The notes beneath the pieces are model-generated. The model saw nothing but the letters and a program-made list of their open reading frames with translations, was not told the origin of the DNA and searched no databases. Position numbers and translations under genes: made by a program. This document shows, in pieces, positions 1-11,900 of a stretch of DNA of 64,000 bases. This stretch comes from Octopus sinensis (Eukaryota): contig NC_042998.1 in NCBI RefSeq assembly GCF_006345805.1, positions 116,374,001 to 116,438,000 on the forward strand. The letters are read 5' to 3'. Positions within the stretch are counted from its first letter, which is position 1; each line of letters opens with the position of its first letter.

Positions 1-773
1 AGATGATGATAGATTATTATTATTATTATTATTATTATGATTGACTTGAAAATTTTTCAACAAAAAATTTTTCATAATCAAATGATGTTGGCTTTGGCCA
101 GAAGAAAGCGCTCGTAAATAAGCTACACTTCGTATGCAGAATACAAAGATTTTCCCACTTGTTTAAGCGACGGAAATTAACTTCTTCGAAACAGGTATAA
201 ATTTCTTGTGTTTCTGCCTACAAACCGATAGCATGAGTCCCATCACAAGGTTCTGGGTTAAATTACTGATGTCACTTATAAAAACAAAATATTTGTTGTT
301 TCCCACTATTTCTAGGTGAAATAAATCTTCACCCGCATTCTCAAACGAAAGAGCATTTTTGCATTGCAAGAGAGATCCGAAACATCAGATGACCGTAACT
401 CAAAGTTGTTGCAAGAAATTAATAGTGTAAGTAAAATATTAATAGTAAATGTTCTGATCGTTAGTCTCAAAAATAAAGATATAGTAACTCGTTCAAGTGA
501 ACTACTTAGATGTTTGTTTGATTGACTGGTCATTCCACAGATACATGTAAACGTAATCTAGGTCTAATGGAGAGTCAATGCCGTGAAGTATGGCTTATAG
601 ATGCAAACGTCTTCATCTGTTTCTGGGGCTTGTAGAAGTCCACCAAATCTAATTTACACACAGGTCGGCCTCTGGCTGCAAAAAGATTATGACACACGAT
701 GGCATGCAGTGGGATAGAAACTGTATCCTTATCGGTGCGAACTTTATCTTTTAGCCATCCAAATATATTCGTA

Positions 774-811
<38 letters not shown>

Positions 812-839
812 ATCTATCTATCTATCTATCTATCTATCA

Positions 840-874
<35 letters not shown>

Positions 875-875
875 A
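774..875. repeat. (ATCT)n microsatellite
   Basis: Read directly. Confidence 0.95.
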
Positions 876-2049
876 GTCTACTTCTCTATCTATATCCCAG
901 TGTTATACATACACTACCTAAGTAACAATCTTGAGAAAGTAAGCTTTTCAAAAGCAGAAACGGGAAATCCAATTAGAACGATAGATTCCAGCCATCAATG
1001 GAACTCTTAACATTTGTAAATCTCTCCAGAAATTTTGCATTTAGGCATATTTGCTTATGTCTAGACTTGCAACTATATGCATGAACATCGATACATAACA
1101 GACACCATATTAAGTTGCACATGCAAGGACTCCAAATATAGCCTACATACAAATAAACATCCACAAATACCCTGCTGACTTTGTTGAAATTCCAGTGAAG
1201 GACCTTGGATCTAGGATACAAACCAAATCGTTTTCTGTTGGCAAGAACTTTGAAATAAAACTGAACAACATCCATAGACACATGCATGCATACATACAAA
1301 CATATAAACACATTATTACATAAACATATATATGGGTGCCTGTAGTTCTGTCTTTGTGTGTGTGTATGTGTGTGTATATATGTGTATATATAATTACTTT
1401 TGCGTGCATATATGTTCCTGATTTTCTACTATATGTTATACATTAGTTTTGTGATGAACATTAACATAATTGAGTGTATTTATGAGTGAATACACTAGGC
1501 TTTCATATCTCTGTCTGAGGAATTGTATAAACTGTTGATTTGTCCCTGTTTTGAAAGAAGCACAATAATCTATCCTGGCAGTCATTTACATTAGTTACAA
1601 ATGTCAATTATAAATACCCTGAGAGATTTGAAAACATGAGTAATTTCAGAGAAATATTTTATATTAGACACTTGAACAGCAATTTACGATATTATTTTGA
1701 CAGAATCGATGGAAATGGAAGAGTAGATAAATCGAAAACAGTCTACCTATATTTGAAGATAAAATACAGACGGTGCTCCAGCACGGCTAGAGACTTGATC
1801 GCTACAGCCAAATAACGAATGAGGAAATATTTATTACGTGACATCAGAGAATCGAAAACAAGAATGATTTTAAATTATATTTTAATAAATTAAGATTTTT
1901 TTCTTTCCCTTGCCCATAATTCTTTAAGCTATTGCATGTCGTAAACGACACGATAATGCTGGTGCTAGTGCTTTATTGTTTTGATGGTGGTGGTGGTGTT
2001 GTGGAAGATCTCATCTTTTAGACAAGTTAGCACAAATACCTTGATATTG

Positions 2050-2166
2050 ATTTCAAATTATTGGCACAAGGCCAACAATTTCGGGCAGGGGATAAGTCGA
2101 TTACGTCGACTCCAGTGCTCAACTGGTAATTATTGTATCGACCCCGAAAGAGATTAAAGGCAAAGT
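2050..2166 (-). mobile_element. Fragment of a second SINE family
   Basis: ATCGACCCCGAAAG...AAAGGCAAAGT is the reverse complement of related segments near 46350-46410, 46520-46570 and 45615-45690. Confidence 0.65.
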
Positions 2167-3127
2167 TATAAAAATATACCTAATTTTTATCATTTACTGA
2201 GAATCTATACTAAACATCCTTATCGCGTAAACATCCTGTGAAATTTTCCACACCTCTTCTTAAACATCACTCACCTGAATTTTGCTTGATTGATGTTTCT
2301 TCAAATTTGTCCAGAATATTTTCTTCGTGAGAAATTTTTAGAACCTCGTAGTAAATAAAAAAAAAAAATAGATATACGAAGTGTATACATTCTTTTCCCA
2401 GCAATATTAAAATTTCTAACTGAAATGTCGAATTCTACTTCATATTTTAGCGGGAATGATTATCTTCCTTATAATAAGGGTAGCAGTTAGAGGGGCATGC
2501 GTCTTTTATTTGAATGTTTCCAAAGAAATTAATTATTAGGTTAACTTAGAATATTCTGGAGTAATGTATAGCCAGGAACCTTAGTATACGCCATCATAAT
2601 CATAGCTCTTCAAATTCTACTGCTTCACAAATGCAAGATTGTGACACACATTTATATTTGCATATGTAGATAAGGATGTACACACAGCATATGGAAAATT
2701 TCCAACAAACACCGACAGTATCATAATCATTGCCGTACCTCGGTCATCACATCGGGATTCCAGTCAATGTTTATGTATTCTCTACTCGTTGTTTCTAAGC
2801 AAATAATGGCCGCTTACTTCTAGAATTTCCCTCAGGTAACTCGTAACGATATAGCCCCTACATGGAAAGTCCTATTCTAGAACGGACGAGTAGTTGCATT
2901 ACATGCAACGATAAAAGTCATTCAAATAAAAATGTTCATTATTTGTTCTAGATTAACATTGTAACGCAATTCAGGAAATGCTAGTGAAGCAATACCTAAC
3001 GGAATTCTACGAACGAGGAATGCATATCTGTGAGTGCGTGTGTGCGCGTGTGCGCGTTTATGTGTCAGCATAAACGTGCATATATCAGCATATATATATA
3101 TATAAATCGCATGTATGTATGTATGCA

Positions 3128-3195
<68 letters not shown>

Positions 3196-3369
3196 CATAC
3201 AAAATTTAAAGGACTGACCACTAAAAGTGGACACTCAATATGCTAGATATAGACGTCAAAATCGCTATTTTCCACGAAGAATGTGTTCTCAAGAAAAAAA
3301 CTCAGCACAAAACCAAAGTGTAAAAAATAATCAAGACAAATGAAAATATAGGAAATAAAAAACGATTAC

Positions 3370-3446
3370 CTATGCACTAATTAGTTTCACTTGTTAATAT
3401 TCACGTATATATATACGTGAAAATCTGCAAGATCATCAGCACAGTC
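3370..3446 (-). ncRNA. Type I hammerhead ribozyme, intact core but G at the cleavage position
   Basis: Minus strand reads CTGTG-CTGATGA-T-CTTG...CAAG-T-GAAAC-TAATTAG-TG|CATAG. Confidence 0.6.
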
Positions 3447-3715
3447 TGTCGTTTACAAACATAATTTCCAGAACTAGATACATAACGCATGACCGGAATC
3501 CCACATGCATAGAGTTCAACAAATCATAATTATGTGTATCTTTCAAATGCCTTCATTTTGGCGCGCTGAGATCGGAAATCTACTCTGCAGTTAATAAATT
3601 GCAGCATTCAATTTACCTTCAGAGAACATTTTTTTATTATTTAAAATTGAATAAGGGTAGAAATTGATATTAATCGATTAAAACCAGTGGCCTAGCATAT
3701 AAAAAAAATCCGACA

Positions 3716-3792
3716 GACTATGCTGATGATCTTGCAGATTTTCGCGTATACATATACGTGAATATTAACAAGTGGAACTAATTAGTACATAG
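3716..3792 (+). ncRNA. Type I hammerhead ribozyme, one core mutation (GGAAC for GAAAC)
   Basis: CTATG-CTGATGA(3723-3729)-T-CTTG...CAAG-T-GGAAC-TAATTAG-TA|CATAG. Stem I CTATG/CATAG. Stem III is the palindrome ACTAATTAGT. Confidence 0.6.
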
Positions 3793-4059
3793 GTCATCGT
3801 TTTTTATTTTGTATACTTTCATTTGTCTTGATTATTTTTTACACCTTGGTTTCGTGCTGAGTTTTTTTCTTGAGAACACTTTCTTCGTGGAAAATAGCGA
3901 TTATGACGTCTATATCTGTCATATTATGTGTCCACTTTTAGTGGTCAGTCCTTTAAATTTTGTATGTGAAAAATATTTTAATCTTCGGATTTTTTTAATA
4001 TGATAGGCCACTGGTTTTTATTGATTAATATCAATTTCTACCCTTATTCAATATATATA

Positions 4060-4107
<48 letters not shown>

Positions 4108-4109
<2 letters not shown>

Positions 4110-4308
4110 TTATTTTATAGAAGGAGCTTCTACAGGACTAGAACTGTTTCATTCAAAAGAAATCATCAGGAAGCTTCCTGATGATTTCTTTTGAATGAAA
4201 CAGTTCTAGTCCTGTAGAAGCTCCTTCTATAAAATAAATTAATTTACTCTGCTATGTATTGAGTACCTTATTCACTGTGGTTAACCCCGACTCAACCCGG
4301 GACCTACA
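4108..4308. mobile_element. Fold-back hammerhead-bearing element, family A copy 1: perfect 132-bp palindrome 4108-4239 plus ~70-nt tail, between (TA)n tracts
   Basis: The palindrome is centred on AAGCTT (4171-4176). Its tail (4240-4308) is the reverse complement of 15727-15795. (TA)n lies on both sides. Confidence 0.85.
4168..4225 (+). ncRNA. Type I hammerhead ribozyme (mirror copy on the minus strand)
   Basis: CTGATGA 4178-4184; stem II T-TTC/TTTT/GAA-T; GAAA 4197-4200; stem III ACAG/CTGT; GTA cleavage triplet ending at 4216; stem I GGA(A)GCTTC/GAAGCTCC. Confidence 0.75.
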
Positions 4309-4328
4309 TATATATATATATATATATA

Positions 4329-4511
4329 CTAAGCAATAAGGGTTTAGCAACGAGTTGCCTTACCACATACCGAATTTAGAAATAGCAGTCAAAGGGTTAT
4401 AGCTATTTCTTCTACTACTTTTTAGTAGAAGAAATAGCTATAACCCTTTGACTGCTATTTCTAAATTCGGTATGTGGTAAGGCAACTCGTTGCTAAACCC
4501 TTATTGCTTAG
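4329..4511. repeat. Perfect hairpin: 89-bp arms, 5-nt loop, TA on both sides
   Basis: 4329-4417 is the exact reverse complement of 4423-4511. A degenerate hammerhead-like core follows at about 4528-4553 (GAATGA GGC...GCC GAA). Confidence 0.85.
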
Positions 4512-4610
4512 TATTACTTAAATTTTCCTCGAATGAGGCTTTTACATGCCGAAGACTACTTGGTGTAATTGATAATTTTTCCAAATTAATTAATTTCACC
4601 CTTCATTATT

Positions 4611-4658
<48 letters not shown>

Positions 4659-5449
4659 GTCGGTGGACAACCGCAGGTAAATGGTCACTCAACTCTTTTA
4701 GTAAAATAGTTACATATATTATAGTTTAGAAAGTTTGATTCGGCTCCATGTGACGAAGGGTGTCGCAGGCTTCTTACAGAAACCCATCTACTTCAATCTT
4801 AGATCACTGAATGGAAAAATATAACAAGTACCATATAGTTATTGAATAATGGACTGCTATTCGCTAAGGGCTCACATGCTGTTCTTAGAAATGATATTGC
4901 CACTTCGGTGATACCAAATGTATTAGAAATTAACTTTTTTGTACTGAATGGTTGGACAAGAAGCTAGTGGCGATTTGGTGCCTGGTAGGCCTTTGAAGGG
5001 ATTTGGAAGCTGGAAGAAGCAAGACCTGTGAAAGAGAGAGATAGATAGAGAGAGAGAGTATGTGTGCTTGTGTTTGTGTATGCAAATACGTGTGCAGTTC
5101 TGTTTGCTGCGTACAAATGCACGAATGTGTGTTTGTGTGTGTTTGTAATGTATTTGCTTTTATTTTTCAGTGACTTTGTATTGATCTTTAAATCTTTCAT
5201 TCCTTGTGCTTGATATGTTCTAACAATGGGTTTATATCATGGTGTCAAGTACAATTTTTTTTATTCAAAGATCTTTTTAATGACAAACTCATTCACGCTG
5301 TACTATATGTTAAATTTGTAGTGAGTGTATTTTAATGGTTGCTTCATCTGTTGTATAAGAATGAGAGAATTTCTTCTGATCTATTTCTATGCTTGTGCCT
5401 ACTAAACTATTCAGCTATCTATTATTAACGAATATATTCCTCACTTCTA

Positions 5450-5990
5450 GAGTTTCCTTATTCCAAGTTTCTTTCGTAGAAAAACACGAAAATCTTGTCG
5501 AAGTAATTTCACTACAGCGCTTAATTATCTATAGTAATAAACACAATACCTTTGTATATATAAAAAAAGTTATTTGCGTTGTGTCATCTGTCTTGTATAT
5601 ATTGCTTATTATTTCTATATATATTTTTTTTTCTAAAGTTTGTGGTGGTGCTATGATTCAAATTTATGCTTGTTCATCCATACATGTCACAATAAATATG
5701 TCAACATACCTGTTTTTTAGAAATATTGCGTGCGATGTTTGTCTTCTCCGTTAGCTATGTTACCGTAGAATTTTTCGCAATTCTACAAAGGAGAATATGC
5801 TGTAACGTTTTGCGATATATTTGTGAAGTAATCTAGGCTTTCTTTGTGTTGCTTTATTGTTTATTTTGTGATGGAGAGTTATTTGGTGTGCGCGACTTAA
5901 TAGTGCATTTCATGTACGCCCGCTTTGTGTACCGGAAAATCATAGATAATACTCGAATGTTAGTTTTAGCAATTTGTTAAGTTAATTTTT
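5450..5990 (-). mobile_element. Highly decayed Penelope-like fragment
   Basis: Fragments YFTNISQNV and CDMYG*TSINLNHSTT resemble the PLE linker and YIGQT..L..R..EH motif. Confidence 0.4.
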
Positions 5991-8900
5991 GTAGGTGAGC
6001 ACTGTTATTTTTCATATTTATCAGGAATTTGCAATTATCTAAATGTTATATTTTTTCTTAATCATTGTCTGTAATAATAACAGGCTGCTCTTATCTATTT
6101 TACAATATATAATATCGTACGATAATTCTTCATTTTTTGTAAATTTAGCTTGGTATGAGTATTAAGTATGTTACTGCATTTTATCATTGTATGTAACTTT
6201 CACGCAAATTTCTATTGTAATCTTTATCAGATTCTATATTTTTTTCACTAACGGTATCCAGTGACAGAATAATTCAAGTTCAACATTCTTTATACAAGAA
6301 AATTGGAATTTAGTTCGAAATTCAAAACTGCTATCTGATCACAGCTAAGTATGTGCTGTGAAAGTTTAAGCAATTTAGTCTCATATGAAGACAAAAATCA
6401 ACAACATTTTCCATTTGTAGCATCTGCTAAACATCCATATTTCAATTCATCATTAGATACGATAGCGAAGACAAAAGACTTCCATTGCCCGAAAAGAAAT
6501 ACTTATTTGTATAATTTCGGTATGTTTACTTGATGTTCAATTGGGTTTTTCCGAATTTCAGACGAATGCAGTACGTTTTTAATTTTTCGTCGTTTACATT
6601 TATTTTCTGTACATAGGAGGCAATCTTTCATCTAACCATTTTGATTTTTGCATTAGGTTTTCAAGAAATCATGTTTTGAAATGGATTTTGTTGTATCTTA
6701 GGTGTGTCACAATACCAATAATAAATACATGCGCTCATTCTATTTCATTTTCATTATTAGTATTAGTGAATAAGTCAAGGTTTGAAACACTTAACTAATC
6801 GACTGTGTGATTTATCGGTCGGACAATCAACCAACTAGGTTTCTCAAAGTCATTTCACCGCTACCCGACCTCACCAATCCAGGTTTGTCTGTCTTCTTCA
6901 TAGTTTACAGCTTATATATATATATATATATATATGGGGAAGAGAGTTTGAATGTTTGAGTGAGAGAGAGAAAGAGTGTGTGTGTGTGTATGTGGTGTGT
7001 GTATGTGTCTGTGCGTGCATGATGTGTGTAAGGGGAAGAGAGGGAGTGCATGCGTACGTGAATGTGTACAGAGAGGAAAATATTACGAGAAGCATGATGA
7101 ATTAACCGTTTATTTACTAACGAAATAATCATGTGCGAATTTAAATTTATTTTTTAGCAAAATACATGCAAAAATTTGACACACAGATACACTACCAGCA
7201 AAGTATTGAAAACTACCAGGTCGTAATCGATGTATAATTTTTGAAATCAATCCTATATTCCTGGTCCTATATAACATCCTAATAATAACTGCATCCTCGT
7301 AATCAATTTTAACCTAAACCAAAAACTATGAACAACATGACCTTATCTATCTAATACCATTTTGATTATGAGTCCAGTAATGTTTTGAAACTTTAGTAAA
7401 GTAACGAAGTTCTGAGAATTCTTGTTTACATTTTGAAATATATGACTTGTGCGGAAATTTAAAAAGCATTTAATAAGAAAGTTAGCGCGAAGTTATTCAT
7501 TTCTTAAATGAAATATACATTTACACAAATTAGCATACTGAATACATGATCATAAACTGCCTTCTATTGTTACTACACAGCATTATCTCTCACTGTAACT
7601 AGTCTTACAACTGCAACAAATAACCACATCCTCTACATTCGTCACCTTCTCTTAAAACTCTCATTCCCTCTCTTGTATCTCTGCTACAAATACTTTCACT
7701 TACCAACACTTTTCATAATATACCGTAGTTTATTTTTTTTACCAGAATATAAAAGCTTTTTATATAATTTCTATACTTTTACGTGATGTACAAATGAGGA
7801 AGATGGAAACATACTTGTCATAGAGAGGCAACATCAGTTTAAACAATATGGGTATATTAATTATAATTTCAGTATGTTTTTGTTTTATTTTGGAAAGTGA
7901 TTCAAAAGACAAGTCAATATTTTCGCCTTGAAAATAATATTATCTGAACGTTACTGTACTTTTGTTATTAATAGTTAAAGTAGTGTAATTAGATCGTATA
8001 ATTAGATAATGTTATATTATTCTATAGCTAACCACACTTTTTGCAAAGATACATGAGAATTCTGTTTTATTTATTTCATGATAATTTAATAAGTGTGCAA
8101 AGTTAGCATTTATTTGAATATTTTGTATCACATGAATGAAAAGAAATTTGTAAACCGAAATGGAATTAAATAATTATTTTAATATTATCTTACCCTAAGT
8201 TGCAAAAGTATATTCCCAACGTTACATGCCATATTAGAGCAACCCCATCATAGATATTTGACTCTTTAAATAGAGCATAATTTAAAACACATACACTTAC
8301 CCACGATTTTAGCATTATAATGTTTCAACCTGTCTCTAACTAAATTACCAACCTGATGGTTTTATATCAAAATTAGGGTAAGCTTGTCCAACAATGACGC
8401 AATACTAGCTATTTATAATCCTTTTTCTTCTTCCTCAGCAGTAGCAAAGAAACTACATAAGTTCTTAAGAAATATAAAATTCTATATTTGTTTTGGAAAT
8501 GGCGGCACAATCATAAATTTCCTCCATTTACTACTAGATTTTATCTCTACTTATTTTAAGCCGAACCAGAACTTGAATTATCACAATTTTTATGTTTTGA
8601 ATTATGAATTAGTTTGCCTTTGCTACTGAATATACTTTACTACTGTCAGCCAATTTCGAAGAAAATATTAAATGTGAACACCAGTAAAACAAAACAACAC
8701 AACTCAAGATTTAGAAAAAAATAAGAATCTATGCCGAGATGAGCTACGATCTATGCTGTAAAGCCAGTTCTTAAATGCTGGCTTGTATTCCCAAAAGAGT
8801 CTTTGATTAACATTAGACTGGTTTTCGAGATATTTCGTTTTGTCATTGACATGGGAAATGGATTGAGAAAATTGTTAGAACATCGGAAATATACTCCGAG

Positions 8901-11900
8901 AAATTTCTTTGGGTTCTACGTTTGAAGTCCAAATGCAGCTGCGACATCAACTGTGCTTTTCATATTTAATAAGTCGATAATAAATGTACTGGACAAGTAC
9001 AGGTTTGATGGCATCGATGAAATCCTTTCCGCGAAATTCCAGGGTTTGTACCTAAATTATAAATCATAAAATACTTGAAGCGAACATTTAGTGCAGCTTC
9101 AGAATTGGTTTTCTGTTCCGAATGCTTAAAAATAAGTAGATGCTTAACACACTCAGCACTGGTCGGGTTTACAATTTGGCGTAATTATAACTATTCAGAA
9201 AATGTTGTTATTCTCTGTACAATTACTAACCTTCATATGTATGATTGTGCAATAATGTTTCATATTTGAAAAGTACAAACCAATGTGTGTGTGCACGAAA
9301 GGATAAACTAATATCTTAATACACAAGCCTTCTTTATGTGTTTGATAAGCAATCATTAATCTCAATTTTCACAGATAGTATTAGAAGGGTATGTATAATT
9401 TTCAAGAAGACGTTCGCAAAAAGATATTGAAGCCAATCTAAAAAGGTAGATATGAATTTTAAAGGAGATGAAGTTACTCAAATGGGTATTAAAACTAATT
9501 TTGTGCGTATTTTCACAACGAGTTAGAACATAAGAAAATAATAGCACCGGTCATAATAAAATGCCGTTAATCTACATGAATATGGACTTCAGGTTCTGAT
9601 ACTAAACTGAATTCAATCATTCGCAATTATTATTCAGACGACGCTCCAAAATAATTCTGAAAATAATTTATGTTTCTATAATTTTGACATTTAGAATTAC
9701 CATTGATAAACAACAAGAACAAAAATAAAAAAAATATTCATACAGGGTTTCAATTTTTTCCTGTTTTATAATTGTATTAAATCGCTCGATATATCTCTTT
9801 CATTTACTTAATAGTATCAACATATTTAAATTCAATTTCCTGAGATTTTCGGAATGAATTGTCTTTTAAACAATGCATACATCTTTAATGCAGATTTCAA
9901 AACTTAAACGCCTACTGCGTTATTGAGTGTTTCGATGAGAAATAAATATAAATTAAATAGAAACTAAACCCAAACACACATTAACAGAATTTTAAAGTAT
10001 GGACGAAAATATTTACAAACAAAACGACAATTGCAAACTAAACACTTAGTCTTAATAGGTTATCGAAGAAAATGCTGAATTATTTGTCAGCATTTTACAT
10101 GACAACATTGTTGTCCAAAATGATTTTATCAGAAAATATTTGCTCCAAATAAATTATGCGAGTTTTAATGGGAGGGGAATGCGTATGGGTGTGCGAGCGT
10201 GTGCATGAAGACAGCACAGGTATACTCTGCAACACACACTCATACATACGTACACACACACACACGCACAAGCGCGTGCATACACACATACACACACACA
10301 TATATGTGCATACATATGAATGTACATCCATATATCACATAATAACCATGTACACATATATCTTTATACATGTGTCTACGTGCGTATGCATGTCAGCGCG
10401 TGTCTCTCTGCGTAGAAAATGTGCAGCGTTCAAAGATTTTCAGGTGACTAGATGGAAAATAATCTATTTTGTGAATGAATTACGCACTGGAACACAGATA
10501 AACAACCTTAACTTTAAAATACAATAATTTCCTGAAAGAACTTGCTTTATTTAGCATAATTTCCTTCATCCTTTAAGTGCAGGTAGATGTTACACAATTC
10601 TAAGACGAAAAATGTTGATAATTTAGTAATATTTTGTTTAATAATAACATTTGTTTAACAACAATTAGAAGTTTCTAAAAACATGTTACATTTTTCAGCA
10701 AACTTAACACAATTTTATTCTGTAATGTCACTGTACTGTTAACATTACATAATGTTATGGGATTAAACAAGTTTGTATTTTTGTCTGTATCGTTTAACAA
10801 ATAGATAAATACAATTACCAAAAACGTGTTTATTGCATTTCTGAATTGCATACAGACCGATAAAAAACATCTTGTTCTGAGGATAGTGTGTCGCATAACT
10901 CTATTTGATTCCCAATTAGCGTATCTTTGTATATTCTACATCCGTTGATTCAGAATATATTCACTTGGCTTAATCTTTAATAGAAATAAATTTGAGAAAA
11001 GCATGAACACTGTACAAGCCATTATCTTCCCAGTTAGCATGCGGTATTACATATGAAATTGGAACGCAATGGTTAAGTTGATCTGAGGCCTTCTCTAGAG
11101 CTACGTAGAAAAACTTTCAAACCTTCGTTAAAAATATTTCATTTATTTTCTTGAAATAAGATATAGATTTATATGTCGTTATTTTTTAACTGCTTATCGA
11201 TTTAAAAGCGTGTCTTTGTCTAACACGTTAAATTACAAATAGAGTGTCATATTATTTTCTGGTAACAGTAGAATATTTAATCGTTTAGTTAGCAATAAGT
11301 ATGTATATAATGTTGCCGGAAAATTAAAACAGAAGAAACTGGCCCAATGATATCGGAGCGTGACCTTTCTAATACCTACTTAAAGTCAATATCCGGAACT
11401 GTTTGCCCTTTAATAAAGTATGCAGTTATTACTGTGTTTTTACAAATGATAGTATCTCTTTGAAGTACAACACACAATCTTTCTGAAAAATGTTATATCA
11501 TACAAGAAGTATGATAACACTTTCAGTGTGTTGCTACAAAATGCAGATAAACGGAATGTTAAAATGATTCTGAAATGAACCCGTGTTCTTATTTGAAAAT
11601 AAACGCTTTATGAACTTGCATCATATTCATCCAAGCTAACTTATTAGCAAAGTGAGATCCTTCATACAGAAAGAGAAACACGGATATATATGCAACTGCT
11701 AACTTCATTGTTGCTTGTATATAAATATATATTTATTGCTTGTTATAGTTTGAGAATAACTTGCGCAGTTCAAGTGTTGAAAATTGTGTTTCTGTGTTTG
11801 CTACCGTTCATAACTTACTGACACTGAAATATATCAGAGAGTTAGTTATGTTGTCGCTAAGGTCCAAATAAACACATAATTCCACTTGCGTCCTACCTTA

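Larger units (their letters stand above)
3193..4050. mobile_element. Family B hammerhead-bearing element with ~260-bp inverted arms (3193-3451 vs 3711-3968) and a second inverted pair (3645-3710 vs 3984-4050)
   Basis: Diverged inverted repeats read directly from the sequence. (TA)n on both sides. Each long arm carries a hammerhead core. Confidence 0.75.

Noticed and set aside
160-530. Possible PLE endonuclease C-terminus (SVCRQKHKKF)
   Set aside because: The similarity is too short and decayed to call.
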